Below are positions 39,639 to 48,612 of a DNA stretch of 64,000 nt, one piece after another. The notes under the pieces are model-generated. The model was given only the letters and a program-made list of their open reading frames with translations. It was not told the DNA's origin and ran no database searches. A program made the translations under genes and the position numbers. Position 1 is the stretch's first letter. Every line of letters begins with the position of its first letter. The DNA comes from Candidatus Micrarchaeota archaeon (GTDB lineage: Archaea > Micrarchaeota > Micrarchaeia > Anstonellales > JAHKLY01): NCBI GenBank assembly GCA_020854825.1, contig JAHKLY010000001.1:1-64000 (forward strand), in the 5' to 3' direction.

Positions 39639-41921
39639 TTATTTTATTCTTTCTACTTTAGTAGCTTCATCTTTAGTTTTATCTCTTTCTAATTTATAAA
39701 GAGCATTAAAATCATTATTTAATAAGGATTCATCGTGTGTAATAACGAATGTTTGTTCTACTATTCCTGGAATCTTGTCTTGTAATGTTTCTGAAAACAT
39801 ATTAACTGCTTGTACATCCAAATTATGAGTGGGTTCGTCTAAAATAAGCCATGATAAATTTGGAGTCAAAACCATTGCAAATGCAATCCGCATTGTTAAG
39901 CTTAAACAAGCTTTTTCACCACCAGATGCTGTTGCATCTAAATCTCTCCAAACATTGTTTTTATATAATTGAGTAACATAATCTTTTTCTTGAGGATCCA
40001 ATCGTATTCGTTCATAATCCCCATATGGATAAATAATGGGCCATATTTCCATCATTGCAGTATTAATAGCCTCTATTAATCCTTTTCTAACTTCTGTTTG
40101 TGTTTCAATTATACAATTTTTATAAATTGAATATTGTTCTTCTTTTTTATTAAAATATTCGATATCTTTTTTTAATTTGTTGATTTTTTCTGATTCCTTT
40201 GTATTTAATTCCAATATCTCCTGTTTATTTTTTAATTCTAAATTAATACTCTTAAGTTCATACTCAAATTTATTTGATTGATTATTTTTTTCTTGTAATT
40301 CTTTGTTTATTTTATTAAATATCTCTTCATCATACTCTAATTCTTTCAATTTATCTTTCTCTTGTTTAAGTTTAGTATCTAATTCTTGTTTTTCTTTTAA
40401 TTTTTTAGAATATTCCTCTATAACTCTTATCTCTTCTCTTAATTTATCTTTTTGCTCTCTTTTTTCTTTTATTGATTTTTCTAAAGTTTCCTTATTTATT
40501 TTTAATTCAGTTATTTGGTTTTCAATATTTGCTAATTGAACATTTAATTCAGTCATATCTTTTTTCTCTTTATTTAATTCGTCTATTTTATCTCTTTTCT
40601 TTTCTATTTGTTTTATCTTTGATTCTAATTCCTCTTTTTTTTGTTTTATATCTTGTTTTTCTTTTAGTAATTCTAATTCCTGTTCTTGAATTAATCTTTT
40701 TTCTTGTGTTTTTTCCATAATCAAAGTATTTCTATGTTCAGTAGATAGTTCAGAATCGCATACTGGACATTTAGATAATCCTTCAGTATTTAATTCTTGA
40801 ACTGCTTTTTCTAAATCTTTTTTCTTAATTTCTCCTTCTGATATCTGTTTTTTTATATTTTCTAGTTTTTCTTCTGTATTTTTTAAGTTTTTCTTTAATT
40901 CTTCAATATCTATGTTCTTCAAAAATTCTTGTGATTCTTTAATTTGAGTTATAATATTATTTGTTCTTTCTATATCTGAAAGTAATTTTGATTTTTTAGA
41001 TATTAATTTATTATTTTGTTTTAATAATTCCGAAATCTGTTCTTCTACTTTTTCAATATTTAATGCCCCTAATTCTTTCTTTTTTTCTTCTAAATTAAGT
41101 TTTTTATAGCAGTCTAAATTTATTAATTCTTTTTCTAATTTACTTAATAATTCTTCTTTTCGTATAATTGAATCTTTTAAATTTTGATACTCTTTTTTCT
41201 GTTTTTCTAATTTTAAAACTGTATTTCCTAATTGTTGCACATATCCCTTTAAGTTTTCATATTCTTTTGAATTAATTTTTTTTTTATTATGTAATTCTCC
41301 AATCTCTTCTTTAAGTTCGTTAATTTTTTTATCTAACTCATGTTCCTTTTCAACATCTATATTTTCCTTTAAAAATACAATTTGTTCTTTAACTTTATTT
41401 ATTATCTTCGTAGTATTTACTCTTGCAGTTTCAAATCTATCTAACCCCAATAAAATATCAATTTCCTCTTTTCTTTTACCTGGTCTTAATGAAAAAAAAT
41501 AATCTATATTATTCTGCTCAGAATATATAATTTTATTAAATAAATCATAATCCACATTTAGAATTTTTTCTATTTCTGTAGTCACTGCTTTTGGGCTTTT
41601 TTGTATTAATACATCTCTCTCATATAATAAAGCATCACTACTTTTTTTTGTTATTATTCTTTCAACTTCATATTCTTTTCCTTCAAGGTTAAATCTCAGT
41701 CTTATCTTTGCTTCTTCTTGATTATATTTGATTACATCTTCCAATTTTGCCCCTCCTCTTCTTAAATTTGGAAATGTACCATATAATCCAAAGGAAATTG
41801 CATCTAAAATACTACTTTTGCCCGAACCCATAATGCCGATTAATACATTTGTACCTTTAGAAAAATCTAGCAAAGTTTCATCATGAGATTTCCAATTAAA
41901 AAGACTTAAAGATTGGATCAT
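39639..41921 (-). CDS. rad50: DNA double-strand break repair ATPase Rad50
   Basis: NWKSH, Walker A GIMGSGKSS, central Zn hook CPVC within coiled coil, signature SGGE, Walker B LILDEPT, ITH. Confidence 0.92.
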   Translation of the reverse strand: MIQSLSLFNWKSHDETLLDFSKGTNVLIGIMGSGKSSILDAISFGLYGTFPNLRRGGAKLEDVIKYNQEEAKIRLRFNLEGKEYEVERIITKKSSDALLYERDVLIQKSPKAVTTEIEKILNVDYDLFNKIIYSEQNNIDYFFSLRPGKRKEEIDILLGLDRFETARVNTTKIINKVKEQIVFLKENIDVEKEHELDKKINELKEEIGELHNKKKINSKEYENLKGYVQQLGNTVLKLEKQKKEYQNLKDSIIRKEELLSKLEKELINLDCYKKLNLEEKKKELGALNIEKVEEQISELLKQNNKLISKKSKLLSDIERTNNIITQIKESQEFLKNIDIEELKKNLKNTEEKLENIKKQISEGEIKKKDLEKAVQELNTEGLSKCPVCDSELSTEHRNTLIMEKTQEKRLIQEQELELLKEKQDIKQKKEELESKIKQIEKKRDKIDELNKEKKDMTELNVQLANIENQITELKINKETLEKSIKEKREQKDKLREEIRVIEEYSKKLKEKQELDTKLKQEKDKLKELEYDEEIFNKINKELQEKNNQSNKFEYELKSINLELKNKQEILELNTKESEKINKLKKDIEYFNKKEEQYSIYKNCIIETQTEVRKGLIEAINTAMMEIWPIIYPYGDYERIRLDPQEKDYVTQLYKNNVWRDLDATASGGEKACLSLTMRIAFAMVLTPNLSWLILDEPTHNLDVQAVNMFSETLQDKIPGIVEQTFVITHDESLLNNDFNALYKLERDKTKDEATKVERIK

Positions 41922-41953
41922 AATTTTATATTTATTGCAAACACTTTAAACAA

Positions 41954-42205
41954 TTATTGTCTATCCATAGAAAGTACATCTATTTCACTTATGCCTTCTA
42001 TTGCTTTAATCCTTTCTTCTACTTCATCAAAACCCTCCTCTTTGTCTTCAACAAAGATTTGAGCTTTAATTACTTTAATACCAAATCCCACATCTTCTAA
42101 TTCTGCCATATTTAATCTGCATACCTCTTTTATTTTTTCGATCATTTCTTGGATTCTATCTTGATCTTCAGTAGATATTCTAACATTTACAACTACATCT
42201 GCCAT
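41954..42205 (-). CDS. ef1b: Translation elongation factor 1-beta
   Basis: MADVVV...EDVGFGIKVI...EERIKAIEGI. Confidence 0.9.
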   Translation of the reverse strand: MADVVVNVRISTEDQDRIQEMIEKIKEVCRLNMAELEDVGFGIKVIKAQIFVEDKEEGFDEVEERIKAIEGISEIDVLSMDRQ

Positions 42206-42214
42206 TAAAACACC

Positions 42215-42364
42215 TCATGGACCTTCAATTTTGCATTTTTTACATACATATGGGACTCCTAATTCTCTGCAATGAAGACATCTTATTATTGTTTCTCCAC
42301 AGTCTGGACATGGAAATTCCACAAATTTTGCTGCAACTTTTCCGCAACCATCACATTTCTTCAT
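42215..42364 (-). CDS. Small Zn-ribbon protein (DUF1610/HVO_2753-like), 49 aa
   Basis: Manual translation MKKCDGCGKVAAKFVEFPCPDCGETIIRCLHCRELGVPYVCKKCKIEGP; usual position upstream of EF-1beta; below ORF-track cutoff. Confidence 0.9.
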   Translation of the reverse strand: MKKCDGCGKVAAKFVEFPCPDCGETIIRCLHCRELGVPYVCKKCKIEGP

Positions 42365-42431
42365 AATATCACCTAATACCTAAAATAAGCAATATTATTT
42401 AAAGGGAAACCTCTTTAAAATACTTACTATT

Positions 42432-42505
42432 GCCCTTATAGTATAACTTGGATAGAATAGAACCTTGCGGAGGTTAAGATCGGGGTTCAAATCCCCGTAG
42501 GGGCA
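42432..42505 (+). tRNA. tRNA-Arg(GCG), no intron, CCA not encoded
   Basis: GCCCTTA/TAGGGGC acceptor stem, anticodon arm AACC-TTGCGGA-GGTT, T arm CGGGG-TTCAAAT-CCCCG. Confidence 0.95.
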
Positions 42506-42513
42506 TTAATTAG

Positions 42514-42688
42514 TGCGCCTGCCGGGAATCGAACCCGGTTCTCAAGCTTTTTCCAAAAATTATTTTTAGGATTTAAATTTTCGTAGCAACCTGTATTTTT
42601 AAATTTTCTTTTTTGAGTAAAGACCTTTTCTTTTTTAAAAAAAAAGGATTTATGGGAAGCTCGTATCCTACCGGTAGACTACAAGCGC
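42514..42688 (-). tRNA. tRNA-Gly(CCC) with 104-nt intron at 37/38 (intron 42549-42652)
   Basis: Exons GCGCTTGTAGTCTACCGGTAGGATACGAGCTTCCCA and AGCTTGAGAACCGGGTTCGATTCCCGGCAGGCGCA; BHB central helix TTCC/GGAA with 3-nt bulges. Confidence 0.93.
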
Positions 42689-43186
42689 TTAAATTTTTGA
42701 ACCTAAGAAACAACTAATTCCTCCAATTAAAAGTGAAGATGCTAAATATAAAATTATATCTTGAACTAAAATATTAAAAAGAAATAATACCGAAATAACA
42801 AAAATAACTAAAACACTTGAAACCACTCCTATTAAACAACCACTACAAGAACAACAAATTGCAGATTTCTTTTTTTGTTTTGCTAATATTCTAGAGGCAA
42901 GCATAGAAAATACAAACACAAAAAACAAATTTAAATATAGTATTTTAGAAACAAATAAGTATGTTATAAGAGAAAAAACAAACGCTAAAAATGAAAAACT
43001 TAACACTAACATTAGTTTATGAGGTTTTGAAAATTCTTCAGGAGCATTTCTAGGCAATTCTACTTTTTCTTTTTTAGATATTGTTTTCTTCGTTACTGTC
43101 TTTTTCTTAGTATTTGATTTCTTTTTAGCTGTCTTTTTTTTAGTAGTTTTTGATCTTCTACTTTTTGAATTTTTCTTAGTTACCAT
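42689..43186 (-). CDS. Membrane protein with Lys-rich N-terminal tail
   Basis: Basic N-terminus, four TM helices. Confidence 0.75.
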   Translation of the reverse strand: MVTKKNSKSRRSKTTKKKTAKKKSNTKKKTVTKKTISKKEKVELPRNAPEEFSKPHKLMLVLSFSFLAFVFSLITYLFVSKILYLNLFFVFVFSMLASRILAKQKKKSAICCSCSGCLIGVVSSVLVIFVISVLFLFNILVQDIILYLASSLLIGGISCFLGSKI

Positions 43187-43239
43187 AAAATAATTAAAAT
43201 CCTATAATATTTAAATGTTCTCTCTTACTAAATAACAAT

Positions 43240-44010
43240 ATGAAAATAAAGATAAATGTTAAAAAATCATTAAATGATAATGCTTCAGATTATTACAGTA
43301 AAAGTAAATTTGCAAGAAAAAAAATAGAAAGATTAGAAAAAGAAATAGAAAAAACAAAAGAATTATTGAAAAAAGAAGAATCAAAGCCTAAACCTAAGAA
43401 AAAAACAAGAATAAAAAGAGAAAAGGAATGGTTTGAAAGATTTAGATGGTTTTTAACCTCAAAAGGAAAATTAGTAATTGCAGGTAGAGATGCAAAACAA
43501 AATGATGTTTTATACTCTCAATATTTAGAGGATAATGACTTATTTTTTCATGCAGATATTCAAGGTGCACCAGCAACAATTCTAAAAGACGGAATAAATG
43601 CAACAGAAGAAGAAAAGGAAGAAACAGCTATCTTTGCAGCTTCATATTCTAGCGCATGGAAAACTGGATATACAACTGTAGACGTATATGCACTTAGAAA
43701 AGAACAAGTAGGAAAACACTCACAAGGAGGATCAGTAGGTAAAGGTGCATTTACTTTAACTGGTGAAAGAGAATGGTTTAAAAATACTATTCTAGGATTA
43801 ACTCTTTTTACTGAAAAAAATAAAAAAAATATTGAGATTGTAAAGGTTTTACCAGGTGAAAATAAAAGCGCAGGAAAAAAACGAGTCATAATCAAACCTG
43901 GAAATAAAGAAAAGGGAGAAATTGCAAAAATAATAGCTAAAAAATTAGATGCTGAAATAGATGAAATTCTACAAATTTTACCTCAAGGCACTACTGATAT
44001 TATAGAATAA
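43240..44010 (+). CDS. NFACT RNA-binding domain protein (short Rqc2/NEMF-like)
   Basis: WFERFRWF, IAGRDAKQND, FFHADIQGAP, ASYSSAW, GAF. Confidence 0.9.
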   Translation: MKIKINVKKSLNDNASDYYSKSKFARKKIERLEKEIEKTKELLKKEESKPKPKKKTRIKREKEWFERFRWFLTSKGKLVIAGRDAKQNDVLYSQYLEDNDLFFHADIQGAPATILKDGINATEEEKEETAIFAASYSSAWKTGYTTVDVYALRKEQVGKHSQGGSVGKGAFTLTGEREWFKNTILGLTLFTEKNKKNIEIVKVLPGENKSAGKKRVIIKPGNKEKGEIAKIIAKKLDAEIDEILQILPQGTTDIIE

Positions 44011-45174
44011 CTATTCCTGAGCTAATTGAGTTTCAATAGTTCTTGTTTCTGATTTTAAAATAGTAAGCATCTCTTGTCTAGAAGTTGAAACATTTAATTT
44101 TTGAATAACTAATATAGCATAAGAAATTTTACTTAATTCTTGTTCTGTTGAATCACTTTCATAAACCCAACGTTTTACTTGAGTTAAAAATTCACCAATA
44201 GCCTTTTTTAATTTATCATTAGAAATTTTTAATTTGATTAAGTCATCTACTTCTATATATTCAATATAAGATGTATCTTTTTCTAATTCTGCTGCAACTA
44301 AATGATTATAAAAAGGGTTAATTATACTTTTATATTTAAAAGCTTCTGCTTCTTCTGCTTTTCGTTTTTCTTCTTTTTCTGCCAAAATTCTCTCTTCACC
44401 AACTAAAAAGTGAGTAGCATAATCATCAAAAGATTTTTTTTTATGGTCAGAATATCCTTGGTTTGCGGCTGGTTTAAATTCTTCTGGTAATCTATCAAAA
44501 TAATTTACTTTATAATCATCTAAAATAAATGTTTCATCAAATTTAACCTTATTACTTTTATCTTGAAATAATACTATAATTCCTACTAATTCTTTAACTG
44601 CTTCTTCTGTTAGTGTATATTTTTTAAGAGATAATACATCATCTCTGAATACTTTTTTAACATCAGATAAAACACTATCCATAAATCCTTCTCCAGTTAA
44701 ATTTTCTGCTTCTCTTGCTATTTGTGCATATGCTTCTAAATCATCTGCTTTTAATGCTGCTTGCATTCCTTTTTTTATACATTCTCTAGCAATTAAATAA
44801 TTTCTATTTTCATTTCTAATATTTAAATGGTATATCGCTCCTTCTAAATATGTTTCATATGCTAACCTTTGCCTATCTTGTTTAGCATCTTCTCTAAAAT
44901 TCTCAGCTCTAAGTTCTAATAATTCTCCTGCGTACTGATACTGTCCTAGTTCCTTAAATTTAATTGCAGTTTGAACAGTTAATGAAACCCAAAGAATATT
45001 ATCCTCTGTATTAATACCTTGTCTTGTTAATTGAACTGCTCTAGCATAATCCTTATTTTGAATTGCATCTTCTAATTGTTGAACTATTTTTGCTTGTTGT
45101 TCATTAGCTGGAGTTACGAGATAATTTATTGACTTCATATATATCTCTGTTTTTTGTACATATTCTGGGGACAT
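44011..45174 (-). CDS. Alpha-helical repeat hypothetical protein
   Basis: 387-aa ORF; N-half paralogous to 38544..39167. Confidence 0.8.
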   Translation of the reverse strand: MSPEYVQKTEIYMKSINYLVTPANEQQAKIVQQLEDAIQNKDYARAVQLTRQGINTEDNILWVSLTVQTAIKFKELGQYQYAGELLELRAENFREDAKQDRQRLAYETYLEGAIYHLNIRNENRNYLIARECIKKGMQAALKADDLEAYAQIAREAENLTGEGFMDSVLSDVKKVFRDDVLSLKKYTLTEEAVKELVGIIVLFQDKSNKVKFDETFILDDYKVNYFDRLPEEFKPAANQGYSDHKKKSFDDYATHFLVGEERILAEKEEKRKAEEAEAFKYKSIINPFYNHLVAAELEKDTSYIEYIEVDDLIKLKISNDKLKKAIGEFLTQVKRWVYESDSTEQELSKISYAILVIQKLNVSTSRQEMLTILKSETRTIETQLAQE

Positions 45175-45175
45175 A

Positions 45176-45607
45176 TCAATTTCCTCGTTTTATTTTAAAT
45201 TCTGAATTAATTTTATTTTCTAAATTAATTGAAATTTTTTCCAATCTTTCTATATTATTATGACATGATTCAACATCTCGTTCTTGAGATTTTAATCTTT
45301 CAGCTTCTTTAATCCAAGAACTAATCGAATATTCAATATTCTCTAATGCTTTTCTAAAATCTCCTACTTCTTCATATTTTATGGCTAATGTTTCAAATAA
45401 TCTTGCACACCTATAATAATTAGGAGTTTCTTTATGAAAAGCTTTTGATAAATTTAAAAACGTTGATTCTAAATCTCCTCTATCTAAAAATTTTTTAGCA
45501 TTAAAAATATATGCTTCGAATGTTTCTCCTTCTTCTATGGTAGTATCAAATTTTTTACCTTCAATTGTTTTACCAGGAGTTATATTTAATTTATCAAGTA
45601 ATGTCAT
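45176..45607 (-). CDS. TPR-like hypothetical protein
   Basis: Paralog of 39168..39602. Confidence 0.8.
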   Translation of the reverse strand: MTLLDKLNITPGKTIEGKKFDTTIEEGETFEAYIFNAKKFLDRGDLESTFLNLSKAFHKETPNYYRCARLFETLAIKYEEVGDFRKALENIEYSISSWIKEAERLKSQERDVESCHNNIERLEKISINLENKINSEFKIKRGN

Positions 45608-45752
45608 ATATTTTGTATGGAGTTTAACATTTAAAAAGGTTTTCTTAAATTTGAATTATGTTTGTTTAATAGAATATATACTCTGATATTTTTAAGATGT
45701 TTTAATAAAAGTAAGATAATGGAAAGGTTTATAAAGTCAGAATGCGCTATTT

Positions 45753-46073
45753 ATGTGGGTTGATTATATGAAAATGAAGACAAAAGTATTTATTGGATTG
45801 CTTGCAGTCAGTTCAATTTTTGGTCAAAATAGAATAAATCCCTTTGATAATATTAAACCAAGTTCGGATTACTTAAAAATAGAAGAAATTGGAACTGATA
45901 CTAAAGAAAAAATAAAAAATACTATCTCATCCCCTAAGAAAAAAGAAGGAAAATCAAGAAGAAAAGGAAAAGAAAATAAAGAAAAAAGATGGGAAAAAAC
46001 CCCTCCGGAAAAAAGGGATTATTTTGAAATAGAAAATTGGAAATCAAGAGAAGGAAAGTTCGTTTATTGTTAA
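45753..46073 (+). CDS. Small basic hypothetical protein with signal-like N-terminus
   Basis: MKMKTKVFIGLLAVSSIFG, Lys-rich. Confidence 0.55.
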   Translation: MWVDYMKMKTKVFIGLLAVSSIFGQNRINPFDNIKPSSDYLKIEEIGTDTKEKIKNTISSPKKKEGKSRRKGKENKEKRWEKTPPEKRDYFEIENWKSREGKFVYC

Positions 46074-46077
46074 ACAA

Positions 46078-48612
46078 TTAATATATAACTCCCATAATTG
46101 TTTCCGCTGAAATGTTTTGATTGGGTGAGGATGTTTTATCAATTTTTGAAGAACTTACTCGTTTTAAAAGGCCTGATTTTTTAAACAAAAAATTATTAAT
46201 TCTTAGTTTGTATAACTCTACATCTACTTTTAAAGAATTTAATACAAATCCCCTATGAAATTCAACTGTTGAAATTTCTCCATTTTTATTATATGCAATA
46301 AGTAAATTATGTGTGTTGTTAGTTCCCCAATGACTAACCTTCTCTTCAAGATAGTCACCGGGTTCTATTTCTCCCAACATATTATTTACATCTTGTCCAA
46401 AATTATGAGTTATTTCTATGGCCCTCTCTCCAGAAACAAAATGTAAGGGTATTTGATCACTTATGCTTCCCGTACTTTTAAACCAAATAACTCCTGGATA
46501 ATTACTAGTTGATCTTATAAATATATTTTGTTTTGTTTTTGTAGAATGGCTCGCATTTATATTAAATAAATTTTCTTTTACATTTGTTAAACCTAAATGC
46601 TCCTTTATTTTAAAAGGTATCTTAGTTAAATCTATTATTTGTCTTCTAGAACTTAATTGAGTTCTAATAGTTCCCAAATTATCATTTGTTTTTAAAATTC
46701 CATATATGGAAAATACTTTCCATTCTTCCACTGTCGGAGATGAAGTTTTGTCTCTTTGAAGATATAGATTATCTAACGTTCTTTCTAAAACTTTAATAAA
46801 TAATTCTTTATTCCTTCCGCCTAATCTCTGTTGAATTGTAGTAGCATCAGTCCACTGATTAGAAGCAATATAATTAAATGTTGCTTGCATTTCCTCTTTA
46901 TTATTTACTTGAAACCCATACCACCAGAAAATTTCTAATTTTACTAATGCATCATAACAATCATTAAACTTAGGTACATAAAGACCCATATCTATCTTTG
47001 TTTCAAATATTAACATACCATAAAAAGATACAAATAACTTGTGTAAATGATTATTTTCATTTTGATTTAAATTTACTCTATTATAATAATAAATACTCAG
47101 CATATCTTTTACGGATATATCCTGTTTTCCAGTTTCATAAGAATTTTTTTGAAAACCCACTATTGTTTCTAATATCTTTTCATTTGTTGAAATTCCTTCT
47201 AAATTAGCTCTGAAACAATTCTGTTTTTTTCCTTGTAAATTATGAAACACTTCATCTAATATAAAAAAGGAGAACACAGTTGTAAAATAATTTTCATAAT
47301 TTTTTTGGTGTGGGTAAAACTTTCTGCTTCTTAAAAATTCTGTGGTTTTTTGGATTAACTGAGAAAATTTAGGCAATGTTTCTTGGTTTAAATATGATTC
47401 TATTTTGGGAGGGTGAATGTTTTGTGATTTTAAAAATTGTTTTCCTTCCTCAGGCATATTTTCCATTATGGCCTCCCATCTACTTTGAGTAGAATTAAAA
47501 TCTCCATAAATAATTTTGATTGCTTCTTCTGGAAGGAATTGTTTTATTCTATTTATCATAAATTCAAAAGAAGAATTTAAAGTTTCATTAGTGTTAATAT
47601 TACTTTCAATATTTTTGGTTATTTGATCTACTATATTCGAAAGAGTATAAAAATGAGTAATATCTCTAAATCTAAATTTTGCTATTTTTTCTAGATCTTG
47701 AGCTGAAAAAACTTGTTTTCCAATTGAAGTTATATATTCAGAAGAATAAATTGAATTTAAAGAAAGAAATATTTTGTAAACTTCATATTGGGATTCTTTT
47801 TTAGTTTTTAGTAAACTATTTAACATAAATAAAGTTGGAGTATCTCTATTATTTATAATAAAACTCTCTAAGATATATCCTGTTTTTGAAATTACTCCTT
47901 TTTCAGATAATTCACTGATTGTGTATGGATTTCTCCTCTCGGGGAATTGATTCTTTAGGGTTTCAATCATTAAATATGCTTCTAACATTGATTTTTCTTG
48001 ATCATATAACTGTGCTTTTTCAAGTATCCCCGTATTGGTATCTATAATTAATGAACTAAATGACTCATCTATTTCTGTAATGTGTCTTTCTATATCCCCT
48101 ATTGACGTTTGTGTTTGGACTTTAAATTTCATATCAAATATATTCCATTTTACTATTTCACATAACTGATCTGCCATATCTGTGTTGTTATGTTCAAAAG
48201 AAAAATTTAAATAAAATTTAGATAAATTAAAATATGATAAATCCTGACCTTCAAAGGAAACATCAAAAAATGAATTATATACAATTCTCTCTGCATCTTC
48301 TTTAGTAATTAATAAATTAATTCCTTGATTTTGAAAATAGTGAATCGCAGTAGCAGTGTTAATTAAAATTTCTTGTATTTTTTCTATTCTTGTTGCTTTA
48401 TTTGGTATGTCTATTAAACAAGAATTTAAATCAATTATCAAAAAATTTAATATTTTTATTGCTGAATTATAGTCTTCTTCAGTAAACTTAATTTCTCCTC
48501 TTCCAAAAGATTTGTTTCTATCTAACCCATTTTGCATTAAATAAAAATATGATGGGAAGATTGGATTTACATCTATATTCACTTCTGGTTTAAAATTGAA
48601 CTCCACTTTCAT
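46078..48612 (-). CDS. Large orphan protein (844 aa)
   Basis: Long open frame overlapping upstream gene; no family recognised. Confidence 0.8.
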   Translation of the reverse strand: MKVEFNFKPEVNIDVNPIFPSYFYLMQNGLDRNKSFGRGEIKFTEEDYNSAIKILNFLIIDLNSCLIDIPNKATRIEKIQEILINTATAIHYFQNQGINLLITKEDAERIVYNSFFDVSFEGQDLSYFNLSKFYLNFSFEHNNTDMADQLCEIVKWNIFDMKFKVQTQTSIGDIERHITEIDESFSSLIIDTNTGILEKAQLYDQEKSMLEAYLMIETLKNQFPERRNPYTISELSEKGVISKTGYILESFIINNRDTPTLFMLNSLLKTKKESQYEVYKIFLSLNSIYSSEYITSIGKQVFSAQDLEKIAKFRFRDITHFYTLSNIVDQITKNIESNINTNETLNSSFEFMINRIKQFLPEEAIKIIYGDFNSTQSRWEAIMENMPEEGKQFLKSQNIHPPKIESYLNQETLPKFSQLIQKTTEFLRSRKFYPHQKNYENYFTTVFSFFILDEVFHNLQGKKQNCFRANLEGISTNEKILETIVGFQKNSYETGKQDISVKDMLSIYYYNRVNLNQNENNHLHKLFVSFYGMLIFETKIDMGLYVPKFNDCYDALVKLEIFWWYGFQVNNKEEMQATFNYIASNQWTDATTIQQRLGGRNKELFIKVLERTLDNLYLQRDKTSSPTVEEWKVFSIYGILKTNDNLGTIRTQLSSRRQIIDLTKIPFKIKEHLGLTNVKENLFNINASHSTKTKQNIFIRSTSNYPGVIWFKSTGSISDQIPLHFVSGERAIEITHNFGQDVNNMLGEIEPGDYLEEKVSHWGTNNTHNLLIAYNKNGEISTVEFHRGFVLNSLKVDVELYKLRINNFLFKKSGLLKRVSSSKIDKTSSPNQNISAETIMGVIY

